Below are positions 6,407-16,149 of a stretch of DNA of 31,036 bases, piece after piece. A program made the position numbers and the translations under genes. The stretch's first letter is position 1. Every line of letters starts with the position of its first letter. Under the pieces are notes generated by a model. The model was given only the letters and a program-made list of their open reading frames with translations, had not been told where the DNA came from and did not search any database. This DNA comes from a virus (Duplodnaviria; Caudoviricetes), in the IMG/VR virus record IMGVR_UViG_3300016484_000911, positions 1 through 31,036 of that record; one strand, 5' to 3'.

Positions 6407-8488
6407 ATGGCGAGAAAATCAGCGCAGTCCAAGGAAAAAGAGATCACAACGTCCATCAAGAATCTGATAGACGGATGTGACCAGAAGACCGCGCTGATTA
6501 AGAACACCTGGCGCGAGAATTACGATATCTTTGTCTCCGGTACGCGAACAGATGAGAAAGAGGAGTGGCAGACAGCGTTTTCTGTCAACAAACTTGGGAC
6601 ATCTACTCGGGCAGCACAGGGGAGACTTGTAAACACCATCGTAAATACTCCTGACTGGTACAAGATGGAACCAGTTGGTTATGCGAACACGCAGGCTGAA
6701 GTATTAGCTCCAACGTTTAAAAAACTGTTGGACTACTACCTAGATAGCGCGAAGTTCAAGCGTCACGCCGGGACGTTCTTTTTATGTTCTCTTATCAGCC
6801 AAGGCGCAATGTACGTCGGCTGGAAGAGGAGGATGATACAAAACCCTGAGTACATAATCAAGGCGACTCAGGAACAATTCCAGAAAGAGCAGCAGAGAAT
6901 AGCGGGGAAGGTTGTCAACCCTCAAGCGGAGACTGAGCTAGCTCCTGAGGACATGGAAGCTCGCCTCCTCCAAGCCCTAGATGAGTTCGTTGCAGAAGCT
7001 CAAGGCCTAGCAGTAGAGGAAGAAGATGTCCCTGAGTGGGTTCAGATTGGATGCCTTGACCTAAAAGACATCAACCACGAAAAGCTCTACTGGGACAGTA
7101 ACGTGATGTACATGGAGGATTCCCTGTGGAAAGCCTTCAAGTACACAGTGAACAGATGGGAGCTCGAGAGAGACGCACAGCTTGGTTATTTCTCGAAAGA
7201 GAAGGTAGCGAAGATCTCAGGTAAGAATGACATCGCAGCACGAAGTGCGATGGAGCGACGACGATACAACAATATCGGAGAGTCCCCCGCTGATAATACC
7301 GATCTAGTCGAGCTCACGGTTTACACTGGTCCCCTTATCATTGACGGGAAGGTTGTTAAAGATCGCTACTTCGCAGTCATCGCGAACGATGATCTTATCC
7401 TCAAGGATGGGGAGTATCCTTTCTGGGAACCGCCAGGGCATCATACGCCCATAGTGGCGGCTGCTGTACGGCAGATTCCATATCGCGCTACTGGCGCTGG
7501 CTTAGGTGACGGAGCGGTCAAGCTCCAGAAGATTTATGACTCCAACTGGCAGCTAGTCTGTGACACGTTCCGGTTCGGCATAGCGGGCGTTAACGTCGTT
7601 AACTATCAAAACCTGGTAGACAAGTCTCAGCTGGCAGAGGGCCTCTACCCTGGAATGACGCTTGAGGTGAGAGGCACCCCGAAGGAATCCTTCGAGCATA
7701 TCGACCTCACGAGCAACATAGAGAACCAAGCCCACCCAGTTCAAGGGATGCTTGAGCAGGCAATAGACCAGCTCACAGGTATCAATGAACTCATGGTGGG
7801 AGGGAGTAATCCTTTCTCTCGCACAGCGGCCGCCGAAACTCAGGCGAGGCTGGAAGCTGGAAATGCGAACGTAAACACTATTGCTCTCGACCTAGAGCAA
7901 AACTTCCTTATCCCGATACTCCAGAAGTGCTTTGCACGAGTCCTTCAGTTCGGCTTAAACGAGCTCAACACTAACCCAGAGCTTCAAAATCTCTTCTCCC
8001 CTGAGGAGATGAATGAGCTCACAAGGATTACCTCCACTGCTCGGTATAACGTCTTGAGCATGTGGTATCGCTTCAAGATAGAAGGCTTCTCCGCATCGAC
8101 TGACCAGAACGCAGAGATGCAGAGGATGAATGAGCTCCTCTCTATCGTAAATAGCGGAGGGCCTCTGGCGTCCCTCATAAACCTCCCTGAGTTCCTGAAG
8201 GAGTACTTCAAGGTAATGGGAGTGAAGGAGCCAAATAGATTCCTCATCGTTACTCAAAGCCCACTGGCGATAGTGACAGCTGAGAACCAGGCGCTCATGA
8301 CGGGGCACGCCGTAGCCCCTTCTGAGAGCGACGACCACGAGTTCCACTTGCAGATGCATGGACCGCTAGCAATGGGGCCGACTGCTACGCCTGAGATGCA
8401 GGAGCATTACCAGATGCACCAGATTGCGATGCAGGAGCAGCAGATGATGATGGCGGAGCAGCAGTCGCAGCAGCAATTACCTCAATAA
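6407..8488 (+). CDS. Portal protein (podovirus/P22-like)
   Basis: 693 aa after TerL; helical; IDQLTGINELMVG..SRTAAAE motif; His-rich and Gln-rich C-terminus. Confidence 0.85.
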   Translation: MARKSAQSKEKEITTSIKNLIDGCDQKTALIKNTWRENYDIFVSGTRTDEKEEWQTAFSVNKLGTSTRAAQGRLVNTIVNTPDWYKMEPVGYANTQAEVLAPTFKKLLDYYLDSAKFKRHAGTFFLCSLISQGAMYVGWKRRMIQNPEYIIKATQEQFQKEQQRIAGKVVNPQAETELAPEDMEARLLQALDEFVAEAQGLAVEEEDVPEWVQIGCLDLKDINHEKLYWDSNVMYMEDSLWKAFKYTVNRWELERDAQLGYFSKEKVAKISGKNDIAARSAMERRRYNNIGESPADNTDLVELTVYTGPLIIDGKVVKDRYFAVIANDDLILKDGEYPFWEPPGHHTPIVAAAVRQIPYRATGAGLGDGAVKLQKIYDSNWQLVCDTFRFGIAGVNVVNYQNLVDKSQLAEGLYPGMTLEVRGTPKESFEHIDLTSNIENQAHPVQGMLEQAIDQLTGINELMVGGSNPFSRTAAAETQARLEAGNANVNTIALDLEQNFLIPILQKCFARVLQFGLNELNTNPELQNLFSPEEMNELTRITSTARYNVLSMWYRFKIEGFSASTDQNAEMQRMNELLSIVNSGGPLASLINLPEFLKEYFKVMGVKEPNRFLIVTQSPLAIVTAENQALMTGHAVAPSESDDHEFHLQMHGPLAMGPTATPEMQEHYQMHQIAMQEQQMMMAEQQSQQQLPQ

Positions 8489-8498
8489 TGTACTGACT

Positions 8499-8523
8499 CA
8501 GAGGGGGTCCGTTACTCTCTCTG
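8499..8523 (+). promoter_or_regulatory. Hairpin in the translation-initiation region of 8525
   Basis: CAGAGGGGGT/ACTCTCTCTG 10-bp stem with a 5-nt loop, ending just before the ATG. Confidence 0.55.
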
Positions 8524-8524
8524 T

Positions 8525-8806
8525 ATGACAGTCAGACCTGACCCTCGAATCCTCAGAGCGGAACGCCTCCGCACAATCATACGCATGCCGGAATACGAAG
8601 CGACGATTGGCCAGTGGTTAAAAGAAGCCCACGCCACCGTTCTTCACAACCTGGTTAAGGCCGTAGAGCCTCACGATGTGCATAGGGCACAAGGCGCATA
8701 CTCTGCAATCCAGAGCTTAATGGAGCAATTCGAGGCGGTTTGGACTGCTGAGGATGCCGCACTTGAAAAGCAGACGAAGCGGACAACTAAGGCTCTAGAG
8801 GAATAA
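8525..8806 (+). CDS. Small helical head-module protein
   Basis: Conserved slot between portal and scaffold; TAATG coupling to the next gene. Confidence 0.75.
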   Translation: MTVRPDPRILRAERLRTIIRMPEYEATIGQWLKEAHATVLHNLVKAVEPHDVHRAQGAYSAIQSLMEQFEAVWTAEDAALEKQTKRTTKALEE

Positions 8807-9438
8807 TGGAAGACGAGAATCAGAACCAGAACCCGCAGCTCCCCTTTGACCCCGCCGCCCTTGCAAAACAAGTGACGGATGCAGCGGTAACAGCAGCTAC
8901 TCAGGTAGCAGAGCAAAGGGCGGCGCAAGCAGCGGCTGCAAAATTACAGGCAGCGGCGGACGTACTAGTAGGTAGGAAGGCCGACCCTTCAGAGGCGATT
9001 CTGAATGAGTTCGTAGCTGACCCTATGAAGTTTGGAAAGGTCATTTCCGAAGCCACCGAAGAGCGAGTGCTGAGACGCATCCAGCAGCAAGAGATGGCAA
9101 AAGAACAGCAGAGAGCAGCGGTGATGCCCTTTGTTGAGGAATACCCAGAGCTCAAGACTCCGACTAAGGCGGCTCTCATAGAGACTCTCGCTGAGAAGTA
9201 TGAGCGACAAGGGAAGAGCAGAGTCGATGCCCTCAAGGCTGCATGTGAGGACACCGTAAAAGACTACGGCCTTAAGCCTCAGAGCGAGAAGAGAAAAGAG
9301 CAAGCCGCACTCTACGCAGGTCTTCCTGGTGGTGGAGGATTCACAGGCGGTTCCCCCGCTCGAAACGAGCAGAAATCACAATCAGATTTTATTGCGTCTC
9401 TCAGAGCCCAAAGCGCTGCGGTACGCACTAAGAAATAG
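8806..9438 (+). CDS. Capsid scaffolding protein (probable)
   Basis: Ala/Gln/Glu-rich helical protein with a Gly linker and C-terminal helix, directly before the MCP. Confidence 0.7.
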   Translation: MEDENQNQNPQLPFDPAALAKQVTDAAVTAATQVAEQRAAQAAAAKLQAAADVLVGRKADPSEAILNEFVADPMKFGKVISEATEERVLRRIQQQEMAKEQQRAAVMPFVEEYPELKTPTKAALIETLAEKYERQGKSRVDALKAACEDTVKDYGLKPQSEKRKEQAALYAGLPGGGGFTGGSPARNEQKSQSDFIASLRAQSAAVRTKK

Positions 9439-9460
9439 AAACCCCTAATAGGAGGATGCA

Positions 9461-10423
9461 ATGTCACAATCTTGGGCTGGTATTGGTTCGACCATTACCG
9501 TAAACGAGCTCACTGACCTCATCCGCCACGCTGCACAAGATATGCAGGGGTTCGCGCAGCTGTGCAATCCTCCTACGGGGCAAGCACTGGGGCGCGGACG
9601 TGGCGACACGATTCAATATACCTTCTTCCCTAACTTATCAGTTAGCGGTGGAGTTCTCTCTGAGAACGAGGAGATTCCCGAGGGTTCTCTTGTTCCAATC
9701 AGCGGAAGCTACACTGTTCAGGAATATGGTAACTCTACTTCTTGGACAGGAAAGCTTGAGATGCTCTCTCGCCTCCCAGTTGAGGATGGTCTTATGCAGG
9801 CCCTCATCAACGATATGAAGAAGGCTCAGAATAGCGCTGCTTTCGCAGAGTTCAACTCTACCTCGTGGATTGCCACTTTTTCTACGGTAGCGGACGAGTT
9901 CCGTACTGATGGAGCTCAAGCTAGCTTCACGAACGTAGCAAGTGAGGACCTCTCTCTCGCTAATCTTCGATACGTAGTAAAGGAGGCTCGAAAGAGACTT
10001 ATCCCCTACTTTGATGGTGAGAGCTACGTCTACATCACTGGCGTAGATTCTTGCGATGCTATCCGTTACGACAGCGCAGTCTCTACCATGCTTCAGTATG
10101 ACAGTGGACGTGCCGCTCTTAACGGGGAAGTGGGCCGTTTAGCGACCTGTAGGTTGGTAGAAGACACCCACAAAATCGTTAAGGCCGGAGATGACGGTGG
10201 AGCTGGTACTCCTACCGGCGCAGGTCTCAACCTCGACGTGGGCTTCCTCGTCGGTGCCGACGCTGTCATTAACGAGTATGCTCTTCCTCCTGAAGTTCGC
10301 GCTCAGGATAAGGACCTCGGACGATCTATCAAGGTTGCATGGTACTTCATTGCGGCTTGGAAGAAGATCTACTCCCAGACCCTCCACAGCAAGGAGCATG
10401 TAATCAAGGTTACCTCTAAGTAA
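9461..10423 (+). CDS. Major capsid protein (N4-gp56-like, HK97 fold)
   Basis: AGGAGG RBS; GDTIQY, EYGN, GEVGR and D.GR..KVAWY motifs; 320 aa. Confidence 0.85.
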   Translation: MSQSWAGIGSTITVNELTDLIRHAAQDMQGFAQLCNPPTGQALGRGRGDTIQYTFFPNLSVSGGVLSENEEIPEGSLVPISGSYTVQEYGNSTSWTGKLEMLSRLPVEDGLMQALINDMKKAQNSAAFAEFNSTSWIATFSTVADEFRTDGAQASFTNVASEDLSLANLRYVVKEARKRLIPYFDGESYVYITGVDSCDAIRYDSAVSTMLQYDSGRAALNGEVGRLATCRLVEDTHKIVKAGDDGGAGTPTGAGLNLDVGFLVGADAVINEYALPPEVRAQDKDLGRSIKVAWYFIAAWKKIYSQTLHSKEHVIKVTSK

Positions 10424-10433
10424 GGAGTGGCTA

Positions 10434-10829
10434 ATGGCTTACGCTGACAAACCCAAAGTATTCTCGTTCAACGTCAACACCGCCGATTCAGTCGGTGCTA
10501 TCGCTGACAACACCGACCTCTTCAACATCATAATCCCCGCTAACCGACAGATAGAAATTCAGGCTGTGCATGGTGCAGTTCGCGCTGCATCCGATGGCGC
10601 TGATTTTATCGAGCTCGTGAAGGATGACAACACGGTTCTCTGCAAGATTCCTCTTCAGACGACCGGACTAAAGAGTGCTGTGAACTCCGACGGGTCCACT
10701 GCAACTACGTTCCCCATCCGAGTGACCCCTCAGTCTACCACCGCTCTTAGCTCTCTGAAGCTCAGAACCGATGGTGCGACTGACACCTCCACAGATGTGA
10801 CCATCCAAGTCACTGTAAGCGGACTGTAA
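10434..10829 (+). CDS. Capsid decoration/cement protein (probable)
   Basis: Beta-rich 131 aa directly after the MCP, AAGGAG RBS, shares the downstream terminator. Confidence 0.6.
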   Translation: MAYADKPKVFSFNVNTADSVGAIADNTDLFNIIIPANRQIEIQAVHGAVRAASDGADFIELVKDDNTVLCKIPLQTTGLKSAVNSDGSTATTFPIRVTPQSTTALSSLKLRTDGATDTSTDVTIQVTVSGL

Positions 10830-10836
10830 ATTAACT

Positions 10837-10860
10837 GGGGCCGCAAGGCCCCTTCTTGTT
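10837..10860 (+). terminator. Rho-independent terminator after capsid genes
   Basis: GGGGCC-GCAA-GGCCCC followed by TTCTTGTT. Confidence 0.85.
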
Positions 10861-10868
10861 GAAGCATT

Positions 10869-11918
10869 ATGGCTATTACCCCGCTCGGTTCTGAGAACAC
10901 AATCAACGTTGACGTTATCAATCAGAAGAACTCCGGTGCGGGAGTGACGGTAGCCGGTGTAGCTCATCAAGGCGGTAGCGTCACGGCTACTGGTGCAGTC
11001 ACTGGCGCGACTCTTTCCACTACTGGCAATGCCACTGTAGGTGGCACATTAGGCGTAACTGGCGCTACATCTCTCTCGACTGTATCTACCTCTGGAAATG
11101 CTACAGTAGGTGGGAACCTCGCAGTCACAGGAACCTCAGCTCACACTGGCAACTCTACATTTGCCACCCTATCCACCTCTGGAGCTGCCACCCTCAATAG
11201 CGCGACAGTTACCAACAACGCTTCTGTAGGTGGTAATGCGACCGTCACAGGAACCCTCGGAGTCACTGGCGCAACTTCCCTCTCATCGGCCTCTACCACT
11301 GGGAACGTTTCAGTAGGTGGTACTCTCGGAGTTACTGGCAACACGTCTCTTTCTACGCTCTCTACTTCTGGCGCTGCTACCCTGAATAGCTTGAGCGTCA
11401 CAGGAACCTCAGCTCACACCGGTAACTCAACCTTCTCTACTCTCTCTACTTCAGGAGCCGCAACGCTCAATAGCGCAAGCGTCACCAATAACGCGACCAT
11501 AGGCGGCACCCTCGGAGTCACAGGGGCTACCACACTAGGGGCTCTCGCAGTCTCATCATTGGCAGGCATAACCTGGAGCAACTGGACGCCAACCTACGGA
11601 GACGGCGCGGCGCTAACCTTTACCTCCGTGACAACCACAATCGCCAGATGGGCGAGGCTGGGGAATATCGTAATCGTCCAAGTGAACGCAGCGGGAACCA
11701 CGGGCGGCACGGGAGCGGCGCTAAGGCTAACCCTCCCTGTCACTCCTACTAACGGCATAATGTTTGGTGGTGGACACCTCTTTGATGCTCAGTGGGAGAA
11801 AGCCATGGTGGAGATCACTAGTACCGGCTTCCTTATTATATACCGCGTCCCCGGTGTGCCTAACTGGGGCACAGGTTCAGGAAGAATCATCCGCGTATTT
11901 GCAGTCTTTGAGGCATAA
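10869..11918 (+). CDS. Fibre protein with Thr/Gly/Ser-rich beta repeats and a C-terminal globular tip
   Basis: Repeats of GNATVGGTLGVTGATSLS and LSTSGAATLNS; C-terminal WTPT..ARWARLGNIVIVQ..LPV pattern typical of fibre tip domains. Confidence 0.75.
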   Translation: MAITPLGSENTINVDVINQKNSGAGVTVAGVAHQGGSVTATGAVTGATLSTTGNATVGGTLGVTGATSLSTVSTSGNATVGGNLAVTGTSAHTGNSTFATLSTSGAATLNSATVTNNASVGGNATVTGTLGVTGATSLSSASTTGNVSVGGTLGVTGNTSLSTLSTSGAATLNSLSVTGTSAHTGNSTFSTLSTSGAATLNSASVTNNATIGGTLGVTGATTLGALAVSSLAGITWSNWTPTYGDGAALTFTSVTTTIARWARLGNIVIVQVNAAGTTGGTGAALRLTLPVTPTNGIMFGGGHLFDAQWEKAMVEITSTGFLIIYRVPGVPNWGTGSGRIIRVFAVFEA

Positions 11919-12104
11919 ATGAGAATACCAGTAACAGCGAAACTAGATCTCTCTGGTCTAATGAATTCTTTGGAGCCTCTGTATCTGTCTGTCTGTCTGC
12001 TAGACGACGAGATTGAGGTGATGACAGAAGAGGGGTACGAGCTAGGAGAGAGCGATGCTATAGTCGTTCAAGCAATGGTCGACACATTCACGAGTGATGT
12101 TTAA
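11919..12104 (+). CDS. Small acidic protein, possible fibre chaperone
   Basis: Abuts the fibre stop codon and is coupled to the next gene. Confidence 0.6.
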   Translation: MRIPVTAKLDLSGLMNSLEPLYLSVCLLDDEIEVMTEEGYELGESDAIVVQAMVDTFTSDV

Positions 12105-12832
12105 TGGCGACTTACCAAGAGCTAAGAGACAGAGCCCTAAATCAAGTTGGATGCCTTGGTCAGTCTGAGGCTCAGACCGTTGCTCAAATTGCGATGGAAG
12201 AGGCGATGAAATTCGTAGCCTTCCACATTCGCGTCCCTTCTCTCATTGCTAAAGCAACTGCCACCGCCCCCGCTTCACCTAATCTTGAAGCTAACGCAAT
12301 CTCCCTAGAAGGCGGTGCTGGCACCTTTCAAATCCCCCCAGGCGTGTATCAGGCCCCTGACCGGCTATTCGTCAAGCGCACTAGCACCACAGAAGACTAC
12401 GGAACTCCTCACGAATATATCGAGTACCACCACTTCCTCGACCTCAAGGCGATAGTGACAGGTCCTCGAGTCAGTCTCTATGCCCCCGCGCTAGGAGATG
12501 AGCGTCCCGACTTCTCATGGACAATCACACCGGATAACAAGGTGTGGTGCTCTCCCATCTCAGAGGGGAATGTAATCACTCTCTTCTACCGCAAAAACCC
12601 CGCCGCATACTCAGGTGCAGCTACGCCTGAAATCCTCCCCCGCTTCGATTATATCCTCGTGAACGCAGCTGTGCTCGCACTCAAAGAATGGCTACGCGAA
12701 CCAGAAGCCCTCACTACCCTCTGGACTCTCTTCCAGAATGGAATTTCGGACGACGTGAAGCAGTATGATTCGGAGCTGCAAGGACAGCGCAGGCGCTCGC
12801 ATCTCAGAATTCATCGCTCATATAGAGTGTAG
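12104..12832 (+). CDS. Head-tail adaptor / tail tubular protein A-like
   Basis: MATYQELRDRAL N-terminal helix, LFYRK.P and PEILPRFDYILV motifs; size and position fit. Confidence 0.7.
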   Translation: MATYQELRDRALNQVGCLGQSEAQTVAQIAMEEAMKFVAFHIRVPSLIAKATATAPASPNLEANAISLEGGAGTFQIPPGVYQAPDRLFVKRTSTTEDYGTPHEYIEYHHFLDLKAIVTGPRVSLYAPALGDERPDFSWTITPDNKVWCSPISEGNVITLFYRKNPAAYSGAATPEILPRFDYILVNAAVLALKEWLREPEALTTLWTLFQNGISDDVKQYDSELQGQRRRSHLRIHRSYRV

Positions 12833-12835
12833 AGC

Positions 12836-13822
12836 ATGACAGTAGAGGTCTTTACCTTCTCAGTATCATCCTCCTCTCCAGGAGGAAGCACTACCATAGA
12901 CCGCACCTGGTTTGGCCCTGGTACGGATGGTAACGTTACGATGTCCGTCAATCAGACTCTCACTGGCGACAAGTTCTACAACAATCTCACTATCAATAGC
13001 GGCGTATTCCTACAAACTGCTAACCCCAGCACTCGCTCTCCCCGCCGGATATTTGTGAAAGAGACGCTTACTATAAACGGAATTATTACCGCGGGGCACA
13101 ACGCTACCGTGGCTAATAGCTTTGGCGTCCCCAACATCTCCGCGTCCGACTACCCCGATAACACCATTGGCATGTGGGGGGGGAGTACGGACGGAGGTTC
13201 TCCTAACCCCACGCTCTCTTCTGGCAATGGCAATAACGGGGGGTCGGCTGCTGCCGCATACGGGTTCGGTGGAGCTGGCGGAGCCGGAGGCTCTGGAGGA
13301 AATGGGAATGGCGGAAGAGTGGGCGGAACGGGAGGGACTTCCGGCACACCCTTCGGCTCTCGCATGTGGTTCTTCTGCGAGCACATGTGGCTCTTCGATA
13401 CATTCCAAATGGGAGGAAGTGGAGGCGGAGCTGGCGGTAATGGCGGTGGCGACGGGACCAACGTAGGAGCCCGTGGGGGAGCCGGAGGTGCTGGGGGAGG
13501 TATCGTTTGGATAGCCGCAAGGACTATCGTGATTAACGCTACCGGAGGCATCCGCGCACAAGGAGCGAGAGGAGGGAACGGCAACAACGCCACAGCTTCG
13601 GGCACCGCTCGAGGAGGTGGTGGTGGAGGTGGTGGTGGCGGTGGAGGTCTAATCCTTCTAGCCTACGAATCTCTTACCAACAACGGATTTCTTTCGGCGG
13701 CTGGCGGGAATGGAGGGTCTGGTGGCAGCGGTTTTGGAGCTGGAACTGCTGGTGCTACAGGGGCCACGGGAGCGGCAGGGAAGATTATTCGCTACAACTT
13801 CACCACCGGGGAATACGAGTAA
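12836..13822 (+). CDS. Glycine-rich tail/adhesin-like protein, paralogue 1
   Basis: WFGPGTDGNVT..FYNNLTI..RIFVK, GGAGGGIVWIAAR and GGGGGGLILLAYE motifs. Confidence 0.8.
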   Translation: MTVEVFTFSVSSSSPGGSTTIDRTWFGPGTDGNVTMSVNQTLTGDKFYNNLTINSGVFLQTANPSTRSPRRIFVKETLTINGIITAGHNATVANSFGVPNISASDYPDNTIGMWGGSTDGGSPNPTLSSGNGNNGGSAAAAYGFGGAGGAGGSGGNGNGGRVGGTGGTSGTPFGSRMWFFCEHMWLFDTFQMGGSGGGAGGNGGGDGTNVGARGGAGGAGGGIVWIAARTIVINATGGIRAQGARGGNGNNATASGTARGGGGGGGGGGGGLILLAYESLTNNGFLSAAGGNGGSGGSGFGAGTAGATGATGAAGKIIRYNFTTGEYE

Positions 13823-14802
13823 TGGTGGCCAAGCAGTACTTCTTTGGTGCCGGAGCCTCTGGCAGCGGGGGGCAGCTTCAGCGCTACTGGTACGGCACCG
13901 GAGCCGACGGCAATGTTGTGATTCCTGCTAGCACGACGCTTTCGACTGACATGTTCTATGACAACCTTACAGTCAATGCGGGCGTGATTTTGAGCCTCGG
14001 AAGTAACGTTCGTTCTCCTTGTCGGATACACGTGAAGAACACTCTTACAGTCCACGGCACTATTCGGTGTGGCCACGACAGGACAGCGCACGACCCATCA
14101 GGGCTGGCGTACGGCGGCGCAGCTTCGAGTATCGTCGGTGTGGGAGGGACTCTCGGAGGATCGGGCACAGGTAGCGATGCAGGGTTTGGACTCACAACGA
14201 CAGGCGGAGCAGCCTCCGCTGTGGGCTTAACTCGATATTCAGGCGGACAGGGAGGTGCGGGCGGACAGGGAGGTGCGGGTGGCACACACCCAGGAGGAGC
14301 GGGCGGGGCGCTGCAAACAGCTGGCTATGGCTACCGTTTTTTTGAGACGTTCACGCATGATCTGTGGATGGGGACAAATGGAACCGACGCAGGGGGGTAT
14401 ACTGGTGGCGGTGCTGGAGGATCCGGTGGTGGCGGCGGTGGGGGCAATGGGACCAACTCGGGTGGCATAGGAGGTAAGGGCGGAGCTGGTGGCGGCGTAG
14501 TGTGGATAGCCGCTCGGGACATCGTAGTCGCAGGTAGTATTGAGGCCAACGGAGCAAAGGGCGCTAATGGTGCCCCGGGCTCCTCGGGTGGCGGCGGCGG
14601 AGCAGGCGGCGGCGGCGGTGGGGGAGGGGTGATCTTGTTGGCTTATGAATCCCTCACCCTCACGGGCCAAATCACAGCTCTCGGCGGATTGGGGGGCTCA
14701 GGAGGAGCAGGCGGAGCTGGAGCTTCAAACGGAGCAGACGGAGCGACAGGACAATCGGGAGTAGTTTACCACTTCAACTTCACTACCGGAGACCCCGCAT
14801 GA
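13822..14802 (+). CDS. Glycine-rich tail/adhesin-like protein, paralogue 2
   Basis: WYGTGADGNVV..FYDNLTV..RIHVK, GGVVWIAAR and GGVILLAYE; coupled at both ends. Confidence 0.8.
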   Translation: MVAKQYFFGAGASGSGGQLQRYWYGTGADGNVVIPASTTLSTDMFYDNLTVNAGVILSLGSNVRSPCRIHVKNTLTVHGTIRCGHDRTAHDPSGLAYGGAASSIVGVGGTLGGSGTGSDAGFGLTTTGGAASAVGLTRYSGGQGGAGGQGGAGGTHPGGAGGALQTAGYGYRFFETFTHDLWMGTNGTDAGGYTGGGAGGSGGGGGGGNGTNSGGIGGKGGAGGGVVWIAARDIVVAGSIEANGAKGANGAPGSSGGGGGAGGGGGGGGVILLAYESLTLTGQITALGGLGGSGGAGGAGASNGADGATGQSGVVYHFNFTTGDPA

Positions 14803-15785
14803 CAGCGCGACAATACCCTATAGGGGGATTCGCTACGGCCAGTTCTGGGGTGGCGGCTCGCTACTGGTTTGGAGATGGCGCAGATGGAAGCGTGACTATC
14901 TCTGCTGGGGTGACTACCCTCACCCGAGACATGTTTTATGACAACCTGACCATAGCCGCTGGCGCGACACTCAGAGCCGGTGATGGCACTTCCGCTAGCC
15001 GAAAAATTCACGTTCAGGGAACGCTGACCGTAGCGGGTACGCTCGCAGGCGGGTATATATCCACCGACACTACTCCCGGCGTTTGGATACCAGCTGGAGG
15101 TACAACAGCCGCCTCTAGCGTGTTCGGTATCCTTGGTAGCGCAGGGCAGGGCGGAACTACCGTAGTGCTCGGGGGGTTCGGCAGCGGGAACTTAGGGACG
15201 AACAACCAGAGTAGATTCAGTTACGGCGGCGCTGGCGGCAATGGCGGCAACGGGGGGAGCGCTCCCGGCGGTTCTGGCGGAACGGGAGGGACTTGCCTGA
15301 AGACGGAGTTCAGATATCCCATCTTCCGGTTCAATCCGATCTACTTCGGGGTCAATCAGAATTTCACGGCGTTCCGCAACAGGTTCGCGACATTCAGCCA
15401 AGCAGGCGCTACGGGGGGTGGTGGAGCCGGAGATGGGACAAATAGAGGCGGAACCTCTGGAGCCGCCGGCGTAGGGGGTGGCGCGCTGTGGATAGCTGCC
15501 CGACACATCATAGTGCTCCCCGGTGGGGCCATTAACAGCCTAGGACAGCCCGGCTTCCCTGGAGCCACTCCCACTGTAGGGAATTGCGGCGGTGGCGGTG
15601 GCGGAGGAGGCGGTGGTGGTGGAGCAATCTTTATCGGCTACGAGACCTACTCTAACAGCGGAACTATCAGCGTCGCTGGAGGAGCGGGTGGTGCTGGTGG
15701 CAGCGGTCGAGGCACAGGGTCAGCAGGACAGGCAGGAGAAGCAGGGTCTGCAGGGCAAATATATCTCTACAACCTAGGTGGGTAA
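14799..15785 (+). CDS. Glycine-rich tail/adhesin-like protein, paralogue 3
   Basis: WFGDGADGSVT..FYDNLTI..KIHVQ, GGALWIAAR and GGAIFIGYE. Confidence 0.8.
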   Translation: MTARQYPIGGFATASSGVAARYWFGDGADGSVTISAGVTTLTRDMFYDNLTIAAGATLRAGDGTSASRKIHVQGTLTVAGTLAGGYISTDTTPGVWIPAGGTTAASSVFGILGSAGQGGTTVVLGGFGSGNLGTNNQSRFSYGGAGGNGGNGGSAPGGSGGTGGTCLKTEFRYPIFRFNPIYFGVNQNFTAFRNRFATFSQAGATGGGGAGDGTNRGGTSGAAGVGGGALWIAARHIIVLPGGAINSLGQPGFPGATPTVGNCGGGGGGGGGGGGAIFIGYETYSNSGTISVAGGAGGAGGSGRGTGSAGQAGEAGSAGQIYLYNLGG

Positions 15786-15786
15786 T

Positions 15787-16149
15787 ATGGAAATAAAGAC
15801 AGGCGCTACTCACTACATGCAGTTTCCCCACAATGTGACTGGTCTACGCAGAGGAGACTTCACCTACTACGTCTATCAGGATGGAGCCCTCAGACGAGAT
15901 ATCCCGGTGGAGGTGACGGAAGAGGTGTCCGGTATCTACACGTTCTCCTTCACTAACGACGGCGCTCACGAGTCTCACTGGACGATGATCGTATGGCAGA
16001 CCTCAGATACTGACAGAAAATACGGAGAGTCTTGGATTGTCAGAGACGATGTACCAAGGAAAACAGTGCTCAACATTCAGTCGGAACTGAAGTCAGGTGG
16101 TAGCAGCGGCGTGAGTGGCAGCGCAGGAATTTCAATAGGAAGATCATGA
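15787..16149 (+). CDS. Beta-rich virion protein (likely start ATG 15787)
   Basis: ATG one base after the upstream stop; alternating beta pattern (GIYTFSFT); ATGA overlap with the next gene. Confidence 0.7.
   Translation: MEIKTGATHYMQFPHNVTGLRRGDFTYYVYQDGALRRDIPVEVTEEVSGIYTFSFTNDGAHESHWTMIVWQTSDTDRKYGESWIVRDDVPRKTVLNIQSELKSGGSSGVSGSAGISIGRS

Noticed and set aside
6089-6467. ORF 6222..6467 and the 5' part of 6089..6400
   Set aside because: They overlap TerL or the portal; the RBS supports only ATG 6236.
13010-15574. Pro-rich antisense ORFs
   Set aside because: Shadows of the Gly codons (GGN read as NCC/CCN) on the coding strand.
10869-15785. Diversity-generating retroelement target
   Set aside because: No reverse transcriptase and no TR/VR pair differing only at adenines is visible; paralogue divergence is general.
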